Positions 47,307-55,008 of a DNA stretch of 64,000 nucleotides are shown piece by piece (within the stretch, counting starts at the first letter, position 1; every line of letters starts with the position of its first letter). This DNA is from an uncultured Poribacteria bacterium. GTDB taxonomy: Bacteria > Poribacteria > WGA-4E > PCPOR2b. The notes under the pieces were generated by a model. The model saw nothing but the letters and a program-made list of their open reading frames with translations. It had not been told where the DNA came from and did no database searches. The DNA is taken from positions 1,289,176 through 1,353,175 of the forward strand of contig OY282444.1 of the NCBI GenBank assembly GCA_958296125.1. The letters run 5' to 3'. A program made the position numbers and the translations under genes.

Positions 47307-48458
47307 TCAGCCCTCACGTAGATGTTGAGGGCGTGTCAGCTCCGCTGTCAGTGCTTCAATAGAGTGGCTCAGTACTAGGTCCTCCTTGAGTAGTGTTTCA
47401 ATTCGTTGACAGCTTCGCACGACTGTTGTTCGACTCTGTCCAAACCCTTGATAAATCTCTTTCAACGAGAGGGTGGTTAACTGACGCGCAAGATACATTC
47501 CGACTTGTCGAGGGAGTACAAACCGTCTTTCGCGCTTTCGAGAACATAGGTCTGATACGGTGAGGTGGAAATACCTAGCAACGGTTTCCTGAATAATTTC
47601 CAGCGTGATTGTGTCGGATGGAGGTCGATCCGGGCTTCTACCCTCTAACGCGTGATGAGCAGTCTGTAGGGTCAAGGGTGAGCCCAAACGCGCCTCTGCC
47701 ATTAATCGGTTTAAAGCACCTTCAAGCTGACGAACGTGCTGCGTCAGATGTTTTGCTAAATAACGTAGCATTTTCAAGGGCACGGGTCCAGATTCCCGTT
47801 CTTTTAACTTCTGCTTCAGGATTGAAAGCCGCAAATCAAACTCAGGCGCACAAATTTCAACGATGTGCCCCTGCGTGGGTTCATTGGACGAGTCCCAAAA
47901 CTCCTTCAGAAACTGCGGTAAACGATCGCAGGTGCATACGAGCCGTTGGCTTCGTTCACTCAAGCAGTTAAGTAAGTGGAAAAACTCCTCCTGAATCCTT
48001 TGCTCCGGCGATAAAAAGTGAATGTCGTCAATCAGCAACAGATTGACATCCTTATACTGTTGCCGCAGTGCGGCAGCTTTCCGAGGGTCAGCAATGGATC
48101 GAAGCCATTCACGCATGAATTTCTCTGCTGAGGAACAGTACACCGTGCGATTCAGGTGCCCCTGACGAAATTGGTTTCCAATTGCATGCAACAGATGGGT
48201 TTTCCCTAGCCCAACGTCTCCATGTATAATTAATGCCCGCTCTACCCTTCCAACCCCATTTGTCAAGCTTTGCGCTGCTTCACACGCCTCTTGATTGCTT
48301 TCCCCAACGACAAACCGATCAAAAGTTAATGCTGGATTCAATCCTGAATTGGCAGGTATGCGTGGTGCTGAAGTTGGCATATAAGTCAGCAATTCGGCTG
48401 ACTGTGATACCGGAGGCTGGGAAGGGCGATCATCGCTGCCGCCATTCGAGTGATTCAT
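47307..48458 (-). CDS. DnaA-like protein (AAA+ domain III and DNA-binding domain IV, lacking domain I)
   Basis: TFDRFVVGESN, GDVGLGKTHLL, LLIDDIHF, VRQLEGAL, LPRQVGMYLAR..T..SLKEI. Confidence 0.85.
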   Translation of the reverse strand: MNHSNGGSDDRPSQPPVSQSAELLTYMPTSAPRIPANSGLNPALTFDRFVVGESNQEACEAAQSLTNGVGRVERALIIHGDVGLGKTHLLHAIGNQFRQGHLNRTVYCSSAEKFMREWLRSIADPRKAAALRQQYKDVNLLLIDDIHFLSPEQRIQEEFFHLLNCLSERSQRLVCTCDRLPQFLKEFWDSSNEPTQGHIVEICAPEFDLRLSILKQKLKERESGPVPLKMLRYLAKHLTQHVRQLEGALNRLMAEARLGSPLTLQTAHHALEGRSPDRPPSDTITLEIIQETVARYFHLTVSDLCSRKRERRFVLPRQVGMYLARQLTTLSLKEIYQGFGQSRTTVVRSCQRIETLLKEDLVLSHSIEALTAELTRPQHLREG

Positions 48459-48535
48459 TGCTATTGTCCTATGATTCGCGATTAAATATTTCTGCTAATA
48501 CTCAATCCACATCCACACGTTGCAAAGATGCCTAG

Positions 48536-48557
48536 GTAGGGGCGACTGAAATCGCTC
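48536..48557 (+). repeat. GTAG-type REP element
   Basis: GTAGGGGCGA-ctgaaa-TCGCTC. Confidence 0.55.
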
Positions 48558-48912
48558 TTTCTCTGTCATTAGCAACATCATAATTGAAGCTTTGTGTGGG
48601 GGCTCATCATCCTCTGCCACAATATAGGCTGGGAAGACAATTTGGGTAGCACAATAGTCTATTAAAAAATCAAAACGAGATCAAGCCTTTTTTTCGAGGG
48701 CTCATAGGGGAATTGCCCCTGTAAATGTTAGCAGAGCGCAGATGATGGCACAGATTACCATCACAATCGTATCCATCAGTTTATGACAGGTACGACTGTC
48801 ATTGCGTCGGGGAGCTGTCAAGTCGGAAAAATGTACTTAGATTGAGGCGATTGGTACTTTCGCCATTTAATCTGCTCCTTATGGGTTTGGATAGCTTAAT
48901 ACATTACCTCAA

Positions 48913-48952
48913 GTGACATATTCCCAAGCCTAAATGCTTGGGAGTATGTCAC
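48913..48952. other. 17-bp inverted repeat hairpin at the left edge of the phage-like remnant
   Basis: GTGACATATTCCCAAGC-ctaaat-GCTTGGGAGTATGTCAC, one G.U pair. Confidence 0.8.
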
Positions 48953-49480
48953 CGTTACGGTAAGCAGCATTTTAATCAATGGATCGGGATTAGCCTTGAT
49001 GAAGTGACACGGATGAAAAAGTCTAATTTGAAGTCGGTCAGTTTTTATTATCCGCTTGTCGAGAAACGGTGGACGCGGAACGACTGCGTTCAGTATCTTC
49101 ATAAACACGGCATTCCTATCCCCAATAAGAGTGCCTGTGTCGGGTGTCCGCTTCATTCTAATGTCACGTGGCTAAGCCTGACGGATGCTGAGAAACAGGA
49201 TGCGATCGATTTTGATGAGGCTATTCGAGATAGCCAATTACATATAGATAATACGCCCAAGGCTAAAAAGGCTGTCAAGGGACAACTGAACCTGCTGGAT
49301 ATGGAGGAGGTGGATGCAACAACGAAACAGAGAACTCCTCGACAAGGAGGCACGCAACTATTTATCCATTATTCGGGCAGACCGTTTCGAGACGTACTAT
49401 CAGATATAGGCGATTCACAACAACAACCAGAACTCTTTAATAGAAAAGATGAAGAGTGCGCTGGAGTGTGTTTTATCTAA
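48938..49480 (+). pseudogene. 5'-truncated phage-type PAPS-reductase-like (adenine nucleotide alpha hydrolase) gene
   Basis: QWIGISLDE..RM, YPLVE..WTRNDC, KSACVGCP, C-terminal CAGVCFI; N-terminal PP-loop half and RBS absent. Confidence 0.7.
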
Positions 49481-49538
49481 ACCTAAAAGAGAAACCTTGA
49501 GGAAAGACTCAAGCGTACCGAATTTCTTATTTAATCAA

Positions 49539-49609
49539 TCGAAACGCTCCCGCAGGGGAGCGTCGGGGCAACCTAAGCGTCGGGAGCCCCCTGATGAGAA
49601 CCCCGACGC
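49539..49609 (+). ncRNA. Type II hammerhead ribozyme with pseudoknot; predicted cleavage after C49564
   Basis: UC-GAAA-C 49539-45; stem III GCUCCC/GGGAGC; GUC 49562-64; stem I GGGGC/GCCCC; CUGAUGA 49591-97; 2-bp stem II; 8-bp pseudoknot GCGUCGGG 49577-84 with CCCGACGC 49602-09. Confidence 0.92.
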
Positions 49610-49636
49610 ACAACCTTAACCATAAGGAGATTTATA

Positions 49637-50323
49637 ATGTTACGCTTTGTTTTGGCAATTACAGTTTTTCTCACCCTTCAGCTATCACTGCTTTCATTTT
49701 CAGATGAAGATAACCAAAAGCCAAAGATTCGAGCAGCCATACCGCTTATTGCATATACAGAAGATGGACGAAAGGTTCTATTAAAAAGCGATGGAACTTG
49801 GGAATGGGCAATTGACGCTCCCGCTCCCCCATCATCTAAACCTATCTATCCCAAACAAACAGTGGCTAAAATCATATCTTCAGGTGTTCTTGTAACAACC
49901 CCACATCTACAAGATGTGAGCATAAGCCTCGGGCAGAATATAGTCGAATTAGAACAATTATATGGCGCAGCTGCCCCTAGTCGCTACGACGAAGAAACAG
50001 GATTAACCTTTCCTGGTAATCGTGGTAATGCCCGATTCGGCGGCCTTGAGATCAGTTTGGATAATGACCACAAAGTAGAAACTATTATGATTTACGATTC
50101 AAAGTATAAAACGAATAAAGGAGTTGGAGTTGGCAGTCTCCATCATAAAGTTCGTATCGCTTATGGCATCCCGACAGACATCGGTAGCGGTGGCACGGAC
50201 GCAAGGCTTGAGCACTACAAAGCAGGTGAAGCAGGTGAAATTACGCTAACTTTTGGGTATACAAAGGGTAAGGTTATACTCATTGCGCTATCAGCCATCC
50301 CAATCCCCAACTCAAACCAATAG
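49637..50323 (+). CDS. Secreted hypothetical protein with DUF3157-like motif
   Basis: RBS aaggag; signal peptide; AYTEDGRKVLLKSDGTWEW motif; C-terminal TNKGVGVGS...AYG. Confidence 0.8.
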   Translation: MLRFVLAITVFLTLQLSLLSFSDEDNQKPKIRAAIPLIAYTEDGRKVLLKSDGTWEWAIDAPAPPSSKPIYPKQTVAKIISSGVLVTTPHLQDVSISLGQNIVELEQLYGAAAPSRYDEETGLTFPGNRGNARFGGLEISLDNDHKVETIMIYDSKYKTNKGVGVGSLHHKVRIAYGIPTDIGSGGTDARLEHYKAGEAGEITLTFGYTKGKVILIALSAIPIPNSNQ

Positions 50324-50361
50324 ATAACAACATCGGGGGCGACTTCCCTCGTCCCCGACTG

Positions 50362-50426
50362 TAATGCAGCCCCCGCTGTCATGTAGACAGTCGGTGACGG
50401 TCCCAAGTCCGGAGCGATGCAGAGGG
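50362..50426 (+). ncRNA. Twister ribozyme (P1-type topology); predicted cleavage U50362/A50363
   Basis: UAA; P2 UGCA 50365-68/50418-21; T2 GC/GU; P3 hairpin 50373-94; A then P4 CGG/CCG; L4 UCCCAAGU; GA-GGG giving T1 with CCC; P1 stem not evident. Confidence 0.78.
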
Positions 50427-50469
50427 ATAACAAGGAGGTTAGACACGGAATACAACACACAAGGATATT

Positions 50470-50577
50470 ATGAACGTCATGGATAGAACCATCATTGTGA
50501 ATGCGCCTTGCGGGGATTGCGGCGGCGACTTGTATTCAGGCTATAGCACAGTAAAGAAGCCAGCCCCCATCAATTAA
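50470..50577 (+). pseudogene. 35-aa ORF with a single CxxC, probably a truncated Zn-ribbon gene
   Basis: MNVMDRTIIVNAPCGDCGGDLYSGYSTVKKPAPIN after aaggat. Confidence 0.35.
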
Positions 50578-50592
50578 ACCTGTTAATAAATC

Positions 50593-50620
50593 TTGCATTC
50601 CTTTTATTAATCTGTATAAT
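50593..50620 (+). promoter_or_regulatory. Sigma70-type promoter for the MFS gene
   Basis: TTGCAT-16 nt-TATAAT. Confidence 0.55.
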
Positions 50621-50743
50621 GAATGCGCTGACCGTACGGTGGATCTCGATTTCCGTTCAGCTTTAGTTTGGCGTAGTTGACAATGGAGATGTGCCTATGT
50701 GTATCTTATCTAAAAACCGACGAAGACAGGTGCCCTCAATCTG

Positions 50744-51904
50744 ATGTGGAATCGCCAATTCATCTCATTGTGCCTTATTCTACTTGTAGCGGGCCTTGTC
50801 ACCGCGCCCATCGAACTCCTTTTCCCAGTCTACGTGGAAGATGTATTGGGAAAAACGGTATGGTTTGCCGCGTTATTACGGTCAATCCCAATCACCCTCG
50901 GTGGTTTATTTGCTCTGGTCGGTGGCGCATTCAGTGATCGATTGGGTCGGAAGCTCACGTTAATCTTGGGCATGACCGGGGCGTTGGTTGTGGGTATTGT
51001 GTTTATAAGCAAACAACTGCTGCTAATCTGGGGCGTGCTCTGCTATCAGGGAATTGCTTCCGGTTTCCGTATCGCGGGTGGACAGTCGTATCTCATCAGT
51101 GCCGTTGATGCGAATCGGCTCGGCTTAGCCGCCGCTGTCTACTTCCTGACGTATACATTCGGGGGGGCAGTTGGTAGTGCGATTGGTGGTAAATTAATTG
51201 ACCGTTTCAACTACGGGGTCGTTGGCGGTGGGGCAATCTTTGTCATGGCCCTACTCATTTTAACGGCACTTATCCTTCTACCTCGCCTGCCGCGTGAGAG
51301 CGATGAACGGGAATCTTTCACTCAAATGCTAGTAGGGTATCGCAAAGCACTTCAACACCGAGAGATTCGTTTACTGCTCGGTATGCGTTTTCTGCCGACC
51401 TACTATTGGGGAACGGTTAGCCTTCTTCTGCCGGTTCTGATCGACCGCGCCGTGGGCGTCAAGTTGGCGGGATACTACGGTGCATCAAGAGATTTATTTG
51501 CCGCCTGCTGCCAACTAATCTCAGGCCGCATTTGTGACGCTGTCGGAGCTAAGTCAACGGCCCTTGTGGCAACTTGTCTTGTCGCACTGATCGCGGCCCT
51601 AATTACGCTGAATACAGACTCGACAATTCTTCTATTTGCGTTGGGGGTTTTCAGCGCGGGGGCAGCATGGTCAATCTCGATCACAATGCCCCGCTTTATC
51701 GATGAATTTTTTGCGACGGAGGAAAAGGGGCGAGGCGTTGGGATCACCCATCTCGCATGGAGTTCAGGTTTCCTCTCAGGACACATGGTCGGGGGCAGAC
51801 TTGAATCGGTAGAGATTTCCTTGTCGTTTGCTGTGGCTGGCGGAATGGTCATCATTTCGGCGATACTCGCTTTTCGGCTTTGGCGAAGTGAAACAAGTGT
51901 GTAG
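50744..51904 (+). CDS. MFS transporter
   Basis: About 12 TM segments; GAFSDRLGRK motif A, GRICDAVGAK. Confidence 0.92.
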   Translation: MWNRQFISLCLILLVAGLVTAPIELLFPVYVEDVLGKTVWFAALLRSIPITLGGLFALVGGAFSDRLGRKLTLILGMTGALVVGIVFISKQLLLIWGVLCYQGIASGFRIAGGQSYLISAVDANRLGLAAAVYFLTYTFGGAVGSAIGGKLIDRFNYGVVGGGAIFVMALLILTALILLPRLPRESDERESFTQMLVGYRKALQHREIRLLLGMRFLPTYYWGTVSLLLPVLIDRAVGVKLAGYYGASRDLFAACCQLISGRICDAVGAKSTALVATCLVALIAALITLNTDSTILLFALGVFSAGAAWSISITMPRFIDEFFATEEKGRGVGITHLAWSSGFLSGHMVGGRLESVEISLSFAVAGGMVIISAILAFRLWRSETSV

Positions 51905-52101
51905 CAGGATGTAGTGGAACTGGTAACATGGTATCCTGGCAATAGTGACGCGAAATCTTCTACAAACGGTTTCAGTCGGATAGCCTAGTTGATTTACAGC
52001 GATAATTATGATACTATCAGCATTGCTCTCACGAAGAGATTGGGATATTCATCAGATTTCTGCATCTGTGACAGACTGTGCACGGATTGAAAGGAACTTT
52101 T

Positions 52102-53211
52102 ATGCATCAGCGGGCTTCGATCGCACTCTTTCACGGCGTGAATCAGCCATTTGAACTTTGTGAACGGAAGATTACAGCACCAAATAAAGACGAGGTACTA
52201 GTTCAGATCTCGTTAGCAACCATCTGTGGTTCGGATCTACACACCCTTACGGGCCGACGGACCGCACCCATACCGTGCGTGTTAGGTCACGAAGCGATTG
52301 GGCGTATCGCTTGCCCAACGACGGTCCGTGATGCGTATGGTGAACCTTTGCACGAAGGCGACCGCGTGACGTGGAGCATCATGGCTGCGTGTGGTGCGTG
52401 CGACTATTGTAACGAACGGAATCTGCCACAGAAGTGTGAGCGGCTGTTCAAGTATGGGCATGCACAGAGTATTCCTCCTCATTTTTTCAACGGCGGGTTC
52501 GCGGAGCATATCTGCCTTCGGCCGGGGACAGCCATCTATCGTATCCCCGATACCATCAGCGACCTTGAAGCAGCACCGCTTAACTGCGCCCTCGCTACCG
52601 TTTTAGGTGGACTAGCAACCCTTGACCCCACAGGAGGAGCCAGCGCGGTTGTTCAAGGTGCGGGCATGTTAGGTATTTATGCTGCGTGCTGTTTACGTGA
52701 ACGTGGGTTTGAAATTGTCGCCTGCGTAGACCGTGTCGCCGAGCGGCTCCGCATCGCGGAAACCTTCGGGGCGACGCATACATTTAATCTTTCGGAAGGT
52801 TCTGCGGTTGAAATTGGGGAAGCCTTACATGATTTAACGGGCGGGCGCGGCGTAGATTTCGCTGTCGAGGTGAGCGGTGCAGAGGCTGCGCTGGTCAACT
52901 CCCTCGATTGGCTGGGAATCGGCGGCAGCTGTTTGACGCTCGGCTATGTCTTCCCGCACGCGGATGTTACGGTGGACGCGCACAAGATTGTGACAAAATG
53001 CTTGACGATGCGAGGAAATCACAACTATCATCCGTCTGCACTAGGAAACGCGCTCCGGTTTGTCGAGGAAACGGGCGCGCGTTATCCATTTGAGGAATTA
53101 GTCGGTGCGGTCTATCCCCTGCAGGACATCAATGCTGCGTTTGACCGAGCGGTGCAGGGAGATTTAATCCGAGTTGGTATTAATCCAACCTCAGAAGGGA
53201 GGCCATTTTGA
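52102..53211 (+). CDS. Zn-dependent alcohol dehydrogenase, similar to the phosphonate-catabolism-associated family (HpnZ-like)
   Basis: CGSDLH, GHEAIG, CGACDYC...C, LNCALAT, GAGMLG; overlaps the phnA-like gene by 4 nt. Confidence 0.85.
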   Translation: MHQRASIALFHGVNQPFELCERKITAPNKDEVLVQISLATICGSDLHTLTGRRTAPIPCVLGHEAIGRIACPTTVRDAYGEPLHEGDRVTWSIMAACGACDYCNERNLPQKCERLFKYGHAQSIPPHFFNGGFAEHICLRPGTAIYRIPDTISDLEAAPLNCALATVLGGLATLDPTGGASAVVQGAGMLGIYAACCLRERGFEIVACVDRVAERLRIAETFGATHTFNLSEGSAVEIGEALHDLTGGRGVDFAVEVSGAEAALVNSLDWLGIGGSCLTLGYVFPHADVTVDAHKIVTKCLTMRGNHNYHPSALGNALRFVEETGARYPFEELVGAVYPLQDINAAFDRAVQGDLIRVGINPTSEGRPF

Positions 53212-54317
53212 GCCGACGTAAAGTTTTGATTATCTGTATTGATGCCGGTGGGCACGATTACCTGGCCGCTAGCGACACACCAAATATCCAAAGGTTAGCG
53301 GAGGATGGCTTCTACCAACACGCGAGGTCAGTTATTCCCTCGGTCACGAATGTCAACAACGTGAGCCTTGCGACCGGGACGTTCCCAGAGACGCACGGTA
53401 TCACGACTAACTACCATGTTGACCGCGAGACGGGCGAAGGGGAGTTTATCGAGGATAATCGTTTTCTACTTGCACCGACGTTATTTGAGCACGCCAAATT
53501 GTCGGGTTTTGCAGAGAAAACCGCCCTGCTCGTTACGAAGAAAAAATTGTTACGGATGCTTGAGGCTGGAACGGATATCGCTATCGCTGCGGAAGCCCCA
53601 CCTATCGAATATGTTGAGGCGGCTGGACCGGTTGAGGATATCTACTCGTCGGAAATCAATTGGTGGCTACTGCGGGCATTGCGTCAGGTCCTACGCGAGC
53701 ATGACCCACAACTCGCCTACTGCTCAACAACGGATTGGACGCAGCACAAGTACGCCCCAACGGAGGCACCTTCGCTGGAACATATCGCTGAACTCGATCG
53801 ACTCATTGGAGCGATTGTGGATGATAACCCGGAGCGGGAGATTTATATCACCGCGGATCACGCGATGTTGCCGAAGCCCCGCGCGCTCGATCCGGGGCGG
53901 TGGTTGATCGAGCATAGTATCCCGTCAAGTGCCATCCCTATCATCAAAGACCGCTATGTCGCCCATCACGGTAATTTGGGAGGGGCAGCGTATGTTTTTC
54001 TACAGCGGGAAGCAGATCTTCCGAGGGCACTTGAAACGTTAGGTGCTGCGCCGGGTGTCGAAGAGGTCTATACTTCGGAGGAAGCGGCGCGTCAATTTCG
54101 GCTCCATCCGGATCGGATTGGGGATATTTTCGTTCTCGCAGATCGAGATACCGTTTTTGGCGAGCTCATCGAGACCGAGATGTCCGTCGCTATCAGATCT
54201 CACGGGTCACGCCATGAGAGCGAGGTGCCGGTCATCGGCTACAACGGTCCTTGGACAGCGAGTGATTTCGCGTATAATCTTGATGTCGGTCGCTTGTTCC
54301 TGAAAAGTCTCGAATGA
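53208..54317 (+). CDS. phnA: Phosphonoacetate hydrolase-like (alkaline phosphatase superfamily)
   Basis: PSVTNVNNVSLATG, TTDWTQHKYAP, ITADHAM, LHPDRIGD, RSHGSRHE. Confidence 0.75.
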   Translation: MSRRKVLIICIDAGGHDYLAASDTPNIQRLAEDGFYQHARSVIPSVTNVNNVSLATGTFPETHGITTNYHVDRETGEGEFIEDNRFLLAPTLFEHAKLSGFAEKTALLVTKKKLLRMLEAGTDIAIAAEAPPIEYVEAAGPVEDIYSSEINWWLLRALRQVLREHDPQLAYCSTTDWTQHKYAPTEAPSLEHIAELDRLIGAIVDDNPEREIYITADHAMLPKPRALDPGRWLIEHSIPSSAIPIIKDRYVAHHGNLGGAAYVFLQREADLPRALETLGAAPGVEEVYTSEEAARQFRLHPDRIGDIFVLADRDTVFGELIETEMSVAIRSHGSRHESEVPVIGYNGPWTASDFAYNLDVGRLFLKSLE

Positions 54318-54431
54318 ATACCTTGATTAGCCACGGAGCGGGTCAATGATAGAGGAATCCCAATGCTTTAGGTTTGGGAGTATATCAATAGTGAGCAGGG
54401 GGGTTATGCCCCACAACGATAGGAGACCATC

Positions 54432-54902
54432 ATGGCACGAAAAGGACCATCTTCGCCGAAAAAGCGGAGAAAACCGCTTGAGGATTTGAGAACGCCTGAT
54501 TTTTCAATTCAGTATTGGTCAGAAGTGGCTGATAGTTTGCTTTGGCTTTTTGAGTTGACCCGAGTCAATCAAAATTTCATAGAAGAATGCACAGATCCGA
54601 TTCTTTTAGAGATTGCAGATTTCCTTAATGCGACATTAGAGCCAATGAACGATACTGGGGAATGGTTTGAGCATCTTCATGCATCCGTGCTGAGTAAATG
54701 TCCAGAACTTGAGCATGAAGCAGAAAAAGAAATATCTCGGCTGCTTGGGTCACAGGATCATGTATCAGAAAACGTCCAACAGGAAATCTTCTTTTTTTTA
54801 CTAGAGCACCTGTATAGGCAGCTTCTGACCGGGCTCCTTGAAGGATTAAACGGATCTAGTTTGAGAGATAAACTTTCTACACGAGAAATCGAGAGTGTGT
54901 AG
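54432..54902 (+). CDS. Hypothetical protein
   Basis: RBS aggag; 156-aa ORF, no motif recognised. Confidence 0.65.
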   Translation: MARKGPSSPKKRRKPLEDLRTPDFSIQYWSEVADSLLWLFELTRVNQNFIEECTDPILLEIADFLNATLEPMNDTGEWFEHLHASVLSKCPELEHEAEKEISRLLGSQDHVSENVQQEIFFFLLEHLYRQLLTGLLEGLNGSSLRDKLSTREIESV

Positions 54903-55008
54903 CGCGCCAGAAAATTAACTGACGCTTTAGATCGCGGCTTTGCCGAATGCGAAACGTAACGAGGCACAATCGACTTTAACGGTAATTAGGAAATGGAGAG
55001 GTAGCAAC

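Noticed and set aside
48914-48916. In-frame TGA upstream of the PAPS-reductase-like fragment as another Sec codon
   Set aside because: It does not align with a conserved Cys, lies inside the hairpin stem, the loop has no G and is only 13 nt away, and there is no RBS.
48896-48960. Integron attC site
   Set aside because: No RYYYAAC/GTTRRRY core pair and no integrase in the window.
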